Positions 12,727 to 25,849 of a DNA stretch of 64,000 nucleotides are shown here, in pieces. This DNA comes from Batkoa obscura (Eukaryota). The stretch is from NCBI GenBank assembly GCA_030770535.1, contig JASVEC010000016.1, positions 62,001-126,000 on the forward strand, written 5' to 3'. The notes under the pieces are model-generated. The model searched no databases. It worked only from the letters and a program-made list of their open reading frames with translations, and was not told the origin of the DNA. A program made the position numbers and the translations under genes. The number at the start of each line of letters is the position of its first letter. Within the stretch, counting starts at the first letter, position 1.

Positions 12727-12981
12727 TTATTTTTATTTTTACTCATATTTGTATTTATATATTTATATAATTTGTTAATTATTAATTATTAATATTATAG
12801 AAAGAGTAAAAAGTATAGAAGATTTGGTAGAAAAATTTCGATATTCTTTAGCAAGAGATGATATTATTAAAGAAGGACTATCAAGTAAATGTTTTAATTT
12901 TTTATGCACTTTATTGTTGATTAATTGAATGTTTAGAGTTATCATGGAATAATAAACAGATCCAAAAGAAGCCAAAAGTAA
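12113..12981 (+). CDS. Hypothetical Lys-rich protein (about 3 exons)
   Basis: Open frame from ATG 12113 to a GTAATA donor near 12667, then an intron filled with (TTTTTA)n and short downstream exons. No family recognised. Confidence 0.45.
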
Positions 12982-13079
12982 CAAAAAAAATCAACTAGAA
13001 GTTATATCAATGAAATCTAATTTTCCTTTTTTTATATTTATTAATAAATTTATAACTATCCTATCTCTTATTTTTACAA

Positions 13080-13184
13080 TATGGGGATGTATTTTGTGTT
13101 TAAGAATTTTACTAACAATCTTTCCACTCAAACAGCACTTAAAAAATGGAAAAGTAATGAAATCAAAAAAAACATCCCCATATA
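13080..13184 (+). mobile_element. MITE family A copy 3
   Basis: TATGGGGATGTATTTT...AAAAAACATCCCCATA: near-perfect TIR. Confidence 0.9.
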
Positions 13185-13739
13185 TTCGATTACTACTAAA
13201 AATTTTACTTGTATTTATAGAGTAGGCAGTTTTAAAAAATGATGTTTTATATTAATCGTATTATTCCAAGTTTATTAATATGAAAACTAAAGTTGAAACT
13301 GATTGTTTTATTAACCAAATGTATTAATAAGTTTGTAATTTATAGTTATATTGTTAATCCAAAGCCTGTTATAGTTATATTAGTAATCTAATCTATAAAA
13401 CTTTTTTTGAAGCCGAAAGCCTAAGTGTTCTGGTATAACAAGGTAATCAAAAGCCTAAGTTGACACTTAAGGGAAATTGATAGATTAGAAAACACTCCAA
13501 TGAACTAAATAATACATAGTTTATACTTAATTTTAATCCTATCTCCTGCCTTATTCAACAATAAGAGAGTGCGGAAGATAAATACTAATGCTCTTGCAAT
13601 TAAGTCACTATATCCAATGCTAAAATAAAAACTCAATAAATATAAACGTTTTAAAATTTTCAATTTCAACTTCAATTAAAAGCTTCACATTTCAATTTTT
13701 TAATTTAACTTTTTAATTCACGTCACTTTTTTTAATAAA

Positions 13740-15032
13740 ATGGATTCCAAACCAACGAGCTATTTCTTACAAGATGAAGAAATTAAAGTATCTAATGAAG
13801 TTCCAAATGAAAGTACTAGTACAATTTCAGCTTTTATGACTAAATTTCCTACAGCTCAAGAACTTGAAGCTACTCACCATAGAGAGTCAAAGTTAAGAAA
13901 GTAAAAAGTTAATGCGCTTAATTGAAATTTGCTAATGGTTAAAATAGTATTGATGACATTGAAATTGAAATACAAACATGGGATAAGTATTTTAGAAAAA
14001 GCGAATTAGTCAATATTAATAATGATATATCCTTTTTTTATTTTTAAATTAATATTTATTATTTTTTTTATTTCCTTAACTAAAATTTACCAGTTTCAAA
14101 TTTACACTATACCTCAAACTAACGACTTAGATAAACCACTCACTTTTATCTGCCACCATGGAGCTGGTCACTCAGCCTTATCTTTTGCACTTATGGCAAA
14201 AGCATTACATGATATGTTAAAAGGGGCATGTACCGTTTTATCCTATGATGCAAGAGGACATGGTACAAAACTATTTTAAATATTAATTTAGTCTAAGTAA
14301 ATTTTAGGATCAACAAAAACAAATGAGCCAGGAAATTTATCATTAAATCAGTTAAGAAAGGATTTGGAAAATATAATCGAAAAAAGCGTACCTTCCGGAG
14401 AGATAATATTAGTAGGACATAGTATGGGCGGAGCAGTAGCAGCTTCAGCAGCTTCTGTAAACAAAGGGCAAATAAAAGGAAAAAGTATAGCTGGATTAGT
14501 AGTAATTGATGTGGTAGAAGGAACAGCATTAGCAGCATTAAGTAGTATGAGTATGATTTTAGATAGTCGGCCAAAGAGTTTTAAAAGTATTGAAGAAGGT
14601 ATTAAATGGAGTTTAAAAAGCTCTAACTTAAAAAATATGGATTCTGCGATTGTATCTATACCACCTCAGCTTATTGAAAAAGATGACAAGTTTGTTTGGA
14701 GAATAGATTTAGCAGATTCTCAACCTTTTTGGTATGAATGGTTCTCTGGACTTTCTCAAAAATTTCTTAATGCTTCAGCACCCAAATTACTCATCTTAGC
14801 TGGAACGGATAGGCTTGATAAGGAATTGATCATTGGCCAAATGCAAGGTAATAAATTAATATTTAGTAAACAAAAAAACTATAATTTTAAAATAGGTAAA
14901 TTCCAGTTAGAAGTTAGACCATTCACCTCTCATGTGGTTCAAGAAGATGACCCAGAAGGGGTAGCTAACTTATTAGCTAACTTTGCTATAAGATATCATC
15001 GCCCTATTCCACACTCATTCCCAAAAGCTTAA
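13740..15032 (+). CDS. PPE1: Protein phosphatase (PP2A) methylesterase 1, alpha/beta hydrolase
   Basis: [83 protein letters not shown]. 5 exons. Confidence 0.95.
14027..14090 (+). other. U12-type (minor spliceosome) AT-AC intron in PPE1
   Basis: 5' site ATATCCTT (14027-14034), branch site TTTCCTTAAC (14071-14080), terminal AC (14089-14090). Removal joins WDKYFRKSELVNINND to QFQIYTIPQ in frame. Confidence 0.9.
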
Positions 15033-16226
15033 AGCTGAGAAAATATTGTATTAAACAAAGTTATATCGATAAATATTTTAACTATTAAATTTAAAAAAGA
15101 TACAAAAAATTAGTTTTAAGATTTATATTAATGTAAAAGCCATATAAATTTTATAAAAATTAGAAATCACATTGGTTTAAATTTTATTATTTTACAATCA
15201 AGTAAACGCTAAACTCTTTTAGTGAGGAGAAACAATTATACTAATAAACTCCTTTAAGTCATTTGCATCTTTTTTCAGTTTAATTTTGTCTTTAAATGTA
15301 GTCTATCTATAGGTATCACACTAAACTTTCGTTTGCAGATAACTCTATAATACCCTCCATCTAATTTCTCTTCATTAAATGTGGATTGCATGGAAAGATG
15401 ACTTCAATTTTGCTATATCAAGACTAAATTATGACAAAAACTCAGGAGACTCTGACTCATTGGTCTCTCCATTTCTTAGTTTAATATTTTTATTTAAATA
15501 AAATCCCCACTTAGGAACGTTTTACTCTTTTAACGATTAAAAAGCATATTTAAAAAAGTTATATGAATGTCTTTTTCGTTTCAGTATTGAATCAATAACA
15601 TCTCAAATTATATATTATATAAGGCATCGACAAAATACTGAAATGAATAAAAAAACTTCACTTACTTCCATTTGCAGAAGTATAGAAAATCTTCTATAAA
15701 GCAATATAATCTCCAACTATAACGCTATACCATAAATAAACCATCTTTTTAAAGAAATAAACATTTATAATTTGTAAATAAAATCAAATTATATAAATGC
15801 AAATATCTTATGTGAAGTGTTATGTTCAGACTGTTTTCGAAAATTTAAAATACCATTTCTGTTTTAAAATAAATAAAATTTACTATTAATTTGTATACCT
15901 ACTTATTTTAAAATACCCTTCAACAACCTCTTTTTATAATTTCTCAACCTCAATAACTACTATAAACTATTACTATTATTATTTATTATTTTTACCTATT
16001 ATTATAATCGAATTTTGATAACTTAACTAAATCATTAAATCCTTAATAAATCTAAAAATAAAGAAACATTTTTTTACTTTATATAAATTTAAGCCAAGGT
16101 TAAAATGAGGCTTCAATAAGGGTACAGTAATCGTGGTAAAAATGGCCTGAAAAAAAATGAACTATATAATTGAGCTTTTATATAAAAGCTAAAAATGAAA
16201 AAATATGCGTACCAATTTTGATCAAC

Positions 16227-17411
16227 TTAATCACGATAGCGTCTACGATCACGATCTGGACTTCTATCCCGGGAGTATCTTCTACGTGGACTGCGTTCTC
16301 TAAAATCTCTACGTTCACTGTGATAATTATACTCATGATCTCCATCACGGTCATAATAATTGCGAGAACGAGAATAACGTCCATATCTACTATTTTCATA
16401 AGAATACTTAGATTCCACAAAGCGTTCAGGGATAGGTGATACTTCCTTCTTCTATGTAATTGTTAATTTTAACTTGAATTAAACATAGTCAAACTTACAA
16501 TTTTTTCATTATAGGTTTCTCGAAGTCTAAGATACCCAGTATGCATCTTTCCAGAAACATGAGCATCAGTGCGTTTGGGTTCATTTCCAGCAACTAAATA
16601 AGCTGCGCATACATCACAAACTTCCATAGGTTTATTAGTAGCTTCTAATGCATCTGGTTCGAATGACTAAATAGATTAATAAAGACTGTTTTTTACAAAA
16701 AATAATGATACTTTTTTCAAACGCTCTAACTCTGCTTCTAATGCTTCGACTTGGCTGGAATAACTTTTAGCTTCTGAAATTCTACCTTCTTCACCAGCAG
16801 TTTCTGCCTAAAAAGATATATTAATTTTGGAATACACAAGATAATAAAGCGCTTACAAGTGCTAAAAGTCCCTTTATCTTTTCGTCAATAATCACAATTT
16901 TTTCTTCAACTTCTGCTTTTTTAGATTCAAGAGACTCTTCATCTATTGAAGCATCTACTTTCTCCTTTGCTCTTCTTACTTTACGGTCTACTTCTTCTAC
17001 TAAATTACTGACTGTTCTTAAAAATATACTTTCAAAGTCATACTTTGATTTGTCTTTTTCTGCTTCATATCTAATAGTAATATGTTTTAGTATTTACCAA
17101 TTTAAATCAAATCGGCAAACTTACTCTTTCTTTAATCTATCGTCGTGAACTTTACTACAAGGTCCTAAAAAACAGTATTAAATAAGTAAAAAATGAATGA
17201 TACCATTGTCCATACCTAAGTCAGCCTTTGTATTTACAAATAAATCATTTGGACAATAGCCAGCTATGTATTTAGGACAAATCTTTAAAGTGTTATTAGC
17301 TTATATATCAAAAATAATATAAAATATTACATCTGGATCGGTTAATTTTCTTTGGAGACTTTGCTCATAAGGATTCATGAGCTCTTCTAATAAACTTCTT
17401 GCATAATCCAT
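16227..17411 (-). CDS. LUC7: U1 snRNP-associated splicing factor Luc7 with RS/RD-rich tail
   Basis: ICPKYIAGYCPNDLFVNTKADLGPCSKVHDD (zinc finger 1), MEVCDVCAAYL...DAHVSGKMHTGY (zinc finger 2), C-terminal RSR/RDR repeats. Multiple GT-AG introns. Confidence 0.93.
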
Positions 17412-17590
17412 ATTGTTGATTTGAATTAAAGAAATATAAGTTTGTTACTAAATTTTGATCCTTAAATCCTCGCAAAAAATAAAGCAATAGAATTGCTTAA
17501 CATTTTTGCATTCTAGAAATTAAATTTTTGCAATTAGAGGACTACGTAATATGAAAGCTTGGATTTTTTCAAGCTTTTTTATATATAAAA

Positions 17591-19004
17591 ATGTCCATCA
17601 CTATAGCTACTGAAGACCAAGTACCAAAGATACCAGATTTACAATTATTACATTATAGATTTATTTTGTCGAATTCTAAATCAAATGGAAAAGAAGAAGC
17701 TAAAGAATCTTTATTTCAACAAATTAAAGAAAATGGTAATTATTTTTAATTTTCATAGTTTTAATTTTAATATCAATGTAGACATGGCTCCATTCTATAA
17801 ATTGATCTGTGAAGAAAACAATTTTAATATTGATCAAGCTTTATACTCTCAAATGCTTAAAAATAATGAAGAAAAAATAAAAGAGTTTGAAGTTAAAATG
17901 GAAGAAGCTAAAGAAAGTGAAGGTGAAACTGAAATTATTGATGTTCTTTCTAAAAAAGCGGATTATAAGGCTAAAATTGGAGAAAAGGTAGCTTTACTAA
18001 TTAATTAATCTACAATATTTATTTGTTATTTTTAGGAAGAAGCTATTGCTGCTTATCAAGAGCTTTATGAAAAAGGCTTAACCATTGGCCAACGCCTTGA
18101 CATCTTATTTAGCTTAATGAGAATCGGTTTTTTTTTCAATGAACCAAGTCTTCTTGCTACAAATATTGAAAAAGCAAAAGAGTAATTTTTTATACTAGCT
18201 TTATAAATTTATTATTTATTTTATAAGACTTCTTGAAACAGGTGGTGATTGGGATAGAAGAAATAGATTAAAAGTGTATGAAGGCATTTATTTATTAGCT
18301 ATCCGTGATTTTACTGCATCATCTACTTTATTATTGGAATCTATTGCTACTTTCACTTCTACTGAACTTATGGAATACAAGGATTTTGTTAAATATACTG
18401 TACTCGTAGGAATGCTTTCATTAGAACGTGTTGATATGAAGAAGAAAATTATTGAATCTCCAGAAATTAGAGAGGTTCTACATGAAATCCCACATTTAGA
18501 TAAATATGTTAACTCATTCTATCAATGCAACTACAAAGAGTTCTTTGAGTCTTTAGGTAAATAAGCACCTTTTTATTTTATTAATTTATTAACCCATGTA
18601 TTTAGCTGCTATTGAAGAAGTTCATATTTTTAATTCAAGTTATATATTCCCACATCATAAATATTACATTCGTGAAATGAGAATCAAAGCTTATAGTCAG
18701 CTCTTAGAATCATATCGTAGTGTAACATTAGATAATATGGCTAAATCTTTTGGTGTAACTGTTGGATTTATTGACAAGTAATTTATATTAATATTTATAG
18801 TAACTTGGAAAATTTAATCTGTTAACTAGGGATGTTGCAAAATTTATCGCAGCTGGTCGCTTACATTGTGTCATAGACAAGGTTAATGGTATTATTGAAA
18901 CTAATCGTCCAGACTCTAAATATGCACAATACCAAACTACTATTAAACAAGGTGATATGTTGTTGAATCGTATACAAAAATTAAGTCGTGTAATCAATAT
19001 TTAA
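17591..19004 (+). CDS. RPN7: 26S proteasome regulatory subunit Rpn7 (PCI domain)
   Basis: [79 protein letters not shown]. Confidence 0.96.
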
Positions 19005-20354
19005 ATGGAATAAATAAATATTGTCAAAGGATATATTTATATATTTTATGTTTAGTTTAGGTTGGAATTTTAATTTATTTAAGTATTGAATATTTAAAAT
19101 TAATAGCTTGTTTAAAAATAATTATGTATAAACCCATACTTGATGACTTTTTGTTCTGGTGTTTTTATTAAAATTATAACTATTGGACTGAATAGTATTA
19201 GTATATTTGGTAAATTCAATGTACTAGAATACTTAAAACTAATATTATTAAGTTATATATACTTCAAATTAATTTTGTAATAATATTCATTTAAAAATTA
19301 TTATTTATGAATCATAAATGGCAATTACCTAATAAATTTGATTTTAATTTATTGTTGAATCTATTAATTTTAGTCATTTACACCTTACAGCAATATTATT
19401 ACATAGATGCGATAACAATTATACAATTCAAATATCCTACCTTATTACATATAATACAGTCACTATTATATAATTCACATTGATTTATGTTATGTATTCT
19501 ATAAAACACATAAATATTTATGCCTGTTTTTCACCACTTCAAACCAAATATTAGATTAAAAATCATTTACCATGTGAAGTAAAACTAATATTTTTAGCAT
19601 GTAAAAATAGATTAAGTTAAAAATAGATTAAAATTAGTTTAACTAAGATATTTCAACACTAAGCAGACCTTACTTGTTTTAGTATCATTTATAGCTTATA
19701 ATATTTTATGAGTTTATGAGTAATTAATTTAATAAATAATCTAATACATTAAACTTTAATTTTTCTAGAGATTCTATTAAAAATTAATAAATAGCTAATA
19801 TGATAGTGGAAATAGTTAGCTTTAGGTCATAAAATATACAATTATTTTTACTTTTTATAGTAAATATTCTATTGCTACCTTAATCATGAACTAATTTACC
19901 GAATTCTTTTTATTCCCCCCAAAATTCCTCAGCCTGATACTGCCACACCATGTTCATTCTCCAATTACACTGCCCTAAAATCAAATAATTTGGACAAAAT
20001 CGTATCATTAAAATTAAACAAGGTTCTAGCCAAAGTTGATTTATGGCCACTGATTTTAATGATTAAAGCAATTTTATTGGGTGAACCTAGAACATGATTT
20101 AATTTATCATCTAAGTTTTGTTATTTAAATGAGAACATAAAAGATCACAATTTTAATAACTTTACCTTTATAAGTCAGGCGTTGATTTAAAAACGCAGAT
20201 AAGTAATATTTTATATTGTTTTTACTTTATCACCCTGAAAGTATTACTAAATTCATTATCACCAGTCAGTCATATTTATTTAATAGTAAAGATAATTGAA
20301 CATTAAATACAACTTCAATCAACTTTACTTTATTTCTTTCATAATTATTTTGTT

Positions 20355-21860
20355 ATGTCATTATTAGCTCAAACTTACTTACCACTCCATCTTGTTGATA
20401 CTAAACAATCTGCCTCTAATCAATCTCAAACCATGGACAATAAAATTCCAGAAAGTGAAAAAATAACTACAATCTCTGCTGATGCGTTTTCTATGGACGA
20501 TGTCAATTCAAAGTACACTACTAACCTCGAAGAAGAAGTTAAGATCGCTCATTCTCGTATTAAGAAATTGGAACAAGAGTTGAAACAGGTTAAAGCAGAA
20601 AAGGATACTTACTCTGAAAGTTTAAAAGAATCTGTAGAATTACGCGCTGACTTAGAGGTAAATTATAATAAACTTCAAGTAGAATTCGACCAATATAAAG
20701 CTACCACTGTAGCTGCGTTGGAAAACCGCAACAAAGCTTTACAACAGGATATGGAAAATCTTGCTGAAAAGCTAATTGATGAAACTGAAAGACGGTCAGA
20801 ACTTGTTCATGCTAAACAACTCCTTGAAGCTGAGTTGGAGGAACTTTCTCAAAACTTATTTGAAGAAGCTAATAAAATGGTTGCTGATGAGCGTCGTTTA
20901 AATAAAGCTTGGGAAGATAAAATGGAAGCGCAAGAAAAGAAGTATGAAGAGCTTAATATTTTAATGGAATTCGAGAAAGAACAGTGCAAAGAATTGAAAG
21001 CTAAGATTGGCGAGTTAATAGAAGAGCGTGAAGCTGCCTCCCTTGCTTTAGAAGAATCTACCAATTCAACAACTCCAAATCATCGCTCTAAACGCTCATT
21101 ATCAATTTCAACTACACCAGCTGCACGTTCACAACATTCATCTGATTCAGGCTATCGTGGTGCCAATACACAAGGATCAGACCATGATATTTTCACATCA
21201 TCTAATTCAGCACTTTCATTTGATAGCTCGGATCATCGTTTCCATGAATTTAAAGAGTTCTTGGAAGCCCCAGTTGCAAAGGGACTTTATTTGTCTTCTA
21301 AATTTATGAAGCGTTGTTTAAATGAAGATGTTGATTCAGCATTAAGATTTGAATCTAGCTTATTATCTGGTTGGATGACCCACAAAAGAATTCTCTCTGC
21401 ATCACAATTAGGTAGCATTAATATTTATCCTTTCAAAGGTGATGCTTCAACATTACCACCTAATGTTCCTTATCAATGCTCGTTTTGTACTAGCAGTAAA
21501 GGCAAGTCTTTGATTTACCAATATAATATAACTGGAAGTGAAGGAGAACCAAGGCTCCTTTGTTTACAATGCCGTGATAGATTATTAGCTGTGTGTAAGT
21601 TTTTTGCCTTTTTACGTATGGTACGTTCTGGAGTTATTCAAGGTACCCCACAAAAACTTTATTTAGATTGTTTACAAGCAAAACATACCATGTTTTTAGC
21701 TAGAGTAGGTGCAGCTTTAGCTACATTTGATGAACAAATCGGTTCTTTGTCTGAAGAAGAACATGAATCTGCTACTATCGACTCACCAATTGAAGAAGTA
21801 GCAACATCGGGACCTAGTCTACCTAATTTCTCAGTAAACGTTGAAAATACCACTTTATGA
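20355..21860 (+). CDS. SEC2: Rab guanine nucleotide exchange factor Sec2 (Rabin8 family)
   Basis: Coiled coil with ELEELSQNLFEEANKMVADERR; KFMKRCLNEDVDSALRF; C-terminal C-x2-C...CLQCRDRLLAVCKFFAFLR. Confidence 0.9.
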   Translation: MSLLAQTYLPLHLVDTKQSASNQSQTMDNKIPESEKITTISADAFSMDDVNSKYTTNLEEEVKIAHSRIKKLEQELKQVKAEKDTYSESLKESVELRADLEVNYNKLQVEFDQYKATTVAALENRNKALQQDMENLAEKLIDETERRSELVHAKQLLEAELEELSQNLFEEANKMVADERRLNKAWEDKMEAQEKKYEELNILMEFEKEQCKELKAKIGELIEEREAASLALEESTNSTTPNHRSKRSLSISTTPAARSQHSSDSGYRGANTQGSDHDIFTSSNSALSFDSSDHRFHEFKEFLEAPVAKGLYLSSKFMKRCLNEDVDSALRFESSLLSGWMTHKRILSASQLGSINIYPFKGDASTLPPNVPYQCSFCTSSKGKSLIYQYNITGSEGEPRLLCLQCRDRLLAVCKFFAFLRMVRSGVIQGTPQKLYLDCLQAKHTMFLARVGAALATFDEQIGSLSEEEHESATIDSPIEEVATSGPSLPNFSVNVENTTL

Positions 21861-22130
21861 ACTTTTAAAGTATCCTTACATAATATAAGAGCTTACTTTT
21901 AACTATCTACCGGCTAGTAATTAACTTATTGATGGGTTTGTCCTAATATAGCCCAGTTTGCTTTTATAAATATACTCTGATCTTTTTTTTAATAAATTTA
22001 TAAATATGACATTTTTATAAAACAATTCATTTAGTGTACAAGTATGCATAAAATTAAAATGTGCGTCATTTGTGGTCAATTAAATTATAAACACTTTATA
22101 CAAAAAATCGAAGTCTATTTTTTTTAAAAG

Positions 22131-22949
22131 ATGTTTAATAATAGAAAAGAATTTGTTGATTTTGTTAATGAGATAGATAGTAATCTAAATAGAAGTCAAA
22201 GTATTAATTCAAATATACCTAAAAGGTAATAAACTTAAGGCTATTTTCAATTTTAGTTTAATAGATTATCAGAAAATTAAAAAATCAAGATTCGAATGAA
22301 GAGTTGACAAAAATTCCATCAAAATTTGTAAAGGATGACCCTTCAGCCTCGAATTCTTTGAAGTCTTTAGAGCACTTTAATATAATGAGAGAAGTCAATA
22401 GCCTCACATGTAATCTATTTATAAACTTAATAAATCTTTTTAAAAACAATTTAGCATTTAATAATGAAATTCCAGCTAACCTTTTAAATGAATATCACAG
22501 ACAATTAATTATGTATTTAAAAAACAAATCAAAATACAGTCAGTTGTATTTAAGCAAAGGTAACAGCGAACCAGATAATAAAGACCAAATAGTAACTTGG
22601 GTTGGACCAATTGTAATGGCAGATGATATGTATAAATTTTCTTTTTATTCAGTAATCTCAAATCAACTCATGAATTTTACACTATATCAACACAACCCAC
22701 TTAATAACTTTGAAAGTGGGACTTCAATTACAATAGAGTATATTTTTATTTTATTATCGCAATTTTGTTTTAATTTTTAATTTTAATATTAGACTTGTAT
22801 TTCCTAATCAAATTTTGAATAACGACTTGAATCTATTACTTCAAACTTATTTCACAAATAGCAGTAGAAATAATATATCCTTTTTAACGTTTCTGTTAGA
22901 TGCCTTAATTCCATTTATAAAAGGAGAATTAAATTATAAACTTCATTAA
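22131..22949 (+). CDS. Hypothetical protein (3 exon-like blocks; exon 1-2 phase does not join cleanly)
   Basis: The exon around 22265-22738 splices in frame to a terminal exon (ELVFPNQIL...LDALIPFIKGELNYKLH*). Putative first exon from ATG 22131 needs a frameshift or another splice site. Confidence 0.4.
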
Positions 22950-23139
22950 TAGATAATTAACTTTATTCAATGAAGCTATATTTTTCAAGTTCAATGATAT
23001 CTGAATAGCTTACACATAGCATGTTTTTTAAAAATGAAATAAAATAAAATCATAAGATAGAACAATTGTTATCAACTTTAAAACGGATTTATTTAATTTT
23101 AATTTTAATTTAATAAAAGAACTATTTAATTAAAAATAT

Positions 23140-24576
23140 CTAAATTACAACTGACCATTCAGATTCAATTTCACCGTGTTGAATAGCAAGGATAGTATCA
23201 AAGAAACGTTTAGTATAAGGTCCAGCTTGAGCATTAGAATCTTTAGGGTCTAAAGGAATTGTCAACTTTCTATCTTGATATAAGATTTCACGGATTGGTG
23301 AAACGATACAGGCAGTACCAGAACCGAACATTTCAATAACTCTATTTTCTTTTAAAGCTTCCTCTAATTCTTTCATGTTGATTCTACGTTCGCTTACTTT
23401 AAATTCTCCCCATTGTCTAGCAAGACCTAAAATAGAACTACGCGTTACCCCTGGTAAGATGGTACCATCAAGAGGTGGAGTTACTAACTCAACCTCTCCA
23501 GATTTATTCTTAAGCAAAACAAAGCAGTTCATAGTACCAACTTCTGAGAGCTCATCTTCAGGGCCAAATAACCATAAGTTCTGTTGACTTCCTTTATTCA
23601 TAGCATGGATTTGTGGTACAATGCATGGTCCATAATTACTATTAAAATATTAAAAAAATATAACAAGATTTGAAAAAAGATTTACGCTCCAATTTTACTT
23701 CCACCGGTACCTCCTGGCCATGCGCGAACATAATCGGTAGTTGCAAGTAAACTTACAGCTTTAAAGCCAGTACGATAATATGGTCCTACTGGACAAGTAA
23801 TTACGAATAATTTGGCACTGTTTGAAGGCCCAACGCCAATATATTCCTATAGACTAAGATTAGGATCATCATTAAATATAATACAATACCAATATTTATT
23901 TACCTGTGTACCAATAACAGTTGGTCTGATGTAAAGCGAGTATCCTTTTTCGGTTGGAATCCAACGCTCATCAATTTTTACTAATTCTTTAATCAATTCA
24001 ATAGTCTCTTTTCCATCAATAGCCTACCAAACATTAATTTTACATATTAGATAAAACATAACTTACTGGCATAGAAAGACGTTGGGAAGAGTTTGATAAA
24101 CGAGCCATATTTAAATCAGGTCTAAATAGTCTTAATTCTCCTTTTGAGCCTTTGTAAGCTTTCATGCCTTCAAAACACTTTAAGATTTAAATAAAACTTC
24201 AATTTTTTAGAAATACAGCAATGGCTTACTTCAAAAGCATAATGGAATACAGCAGAAGCAGGGTCAAGTGACAATTTACCATAAGGTAAAAGCTCAGGGG
24301 TTTCCCAACCTTTTTCATTGGTATAATCAGCAATAATCATATGATCCGTAAAGGTATGTCCAAAGATTAAGTCCTTGTTTGGGACTAAAGGTTTTAAGTT
24401 GGTAGATTTTGTAATCTTTAAATTCTTTGCCTAAATAACAATGAGCTAACAAAATGGCTGATACAAGTACTCTTAAAGCTTACTAATAAGGGGTTAAAGT
24501 TTGAGGCAGTTGAGTAACATTTTTTAGTACTATGGCTCAATGCGGCGAGTAATCTACTGTTGATGCTAGTATTCAT
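23140..24576 (-). CDS. BAT1: Branched-chain amino acid aminotransferase with putative mitochondrial presequence
   Basis: [86 protein letters not shown]. Confidence 0.96.
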
Positions 24577-25470
24577 TTTAGGAAAAGGTAAACTGAATTG
24601 AGACTTCTTTATACAAACAATTTATATAGTATTTTAAACTTTTAGGTTTAAAAACTTGTCCAATCATAGCTTAAACTGTGGGAATTTTCAACATTCGATG
24701 ACATGTGACCTAAGATTCGCTTTTAGTTCCTCGTCATGCTATTTGATGAATAGATATTTTTCTTTCTACAATATATAGAAAAACAGTATCTGTTGTATAC
24801 ACATAATAAGGTGATCGATGAAATATAATAAATATTTGAAAGTTTATAAATAATATCAATTTTATTAATATATGATTATTTCGATTTCAATATTTGAACA
24901 AAACATTAAATTTAAATTTAATTTCGAAGCTAAACAATTCAAATTTAAACTTGGAAAATTGATTTCGAAAGTGCCAAATTTAGAATTAATGATCTCAGTC
25001 CATAAAATACTGTCAACTTTGTATTATCTAATAAGCAATATTTAAATAAAAATTAAAATAAAAATGTTATTTATATTTACAATGGCCAATCTTTTATTTA
25101 TATAAAATTTCACTTTTCATACTATTAATCAATAAAAATTCACTCTATGATAAATACTTAAATCTTATTGAAATTTAAAGCTATAATTGGATTAAATTCT
25201 TCGTATAATTTTTGTATTACTATATAACATCTATGTTATCAAACTTAAACTCTTACAAATAATTAAATATTAAACGCCCACAAAATAAATATCCATTTGT
25301 TGCAACCAAAACTGATAACTGACTTTCTATAAGCATCTGTTTCAAAAACACAACTGACTCATCACTTTAAAATTATATAGTTCATCTTAACCTACAAAAT
25401 AAAAGGTTGTAATAAATCAGAAAAAAACCTTACAAGAGTTAGTCCATTTATTAAATAGTGGTTAAACCTT

Positions 25471-25849
25471 TTAATCGAAAAGACCGAAACCCATATCACC
25501 ATCAGATTCTTCTTCTTCTTCAGCCTTTTCTTCGGCTTTTGGAGCAGCAGCGGCATCACCACCAGCGGCTGGGGCGGCAGCGGCTGGAGCGGCACCAGAA
25601 CCGGAACCAACGTTTAAGAGGAGTTCAGAAACATCTTTACCTTCGAAAACTTTAGCGAAGAGGGAAGCCCAGATTGGTTCAACAGTGACGTTGGCGGCTT
25701 TGACAATGGTGTTGATTTTATCAGCCTAAATTGAAATGGGTTAAACAAAATTGAAATTAGAAAATTAAGATCGAGTTTACGGTGATATCAATCTTGTCAT
25801 CAGCAAGGATGAGGGAAGCGTATACAACAGCTTGTTCGTTGATGGACAT
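25471..25849 (-). CDS. RPP1: 60S acidic ribosomal protein P1 (2 exons)
   Basis: [18 protein letters not shown]|...[11 protein letters not shown]...[16 protein letters not shown]. Confidence 0.96.

Noticed and set aside
13010..13225. 71-aa ORF with hydrophobic N-terminus
   Set aside because: About half of it is MITE family A copy 3; no coding evidence.
15180..15990. Possible decayed multi-exon gene on the minus strand between PPE1 and LUC7
   Set aside because: Some donor-like sites and raised GC, but all frames are broken and no family is recognisable.
21870..21917. GTATCCTT just after the SEC2 stop as a second U12 intron
   Set aside because: The branch site is weak (ACTTTTAAC), the intron would be under 50 nt, and there is no reading-frame constraint to support it.
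22875..22890. ATATCCTT motif as a U12 donor
   Set aside because: It lies within a continuous open terminal exon (RNNISFLTFL), with no convincing branch site and AC acceptor.
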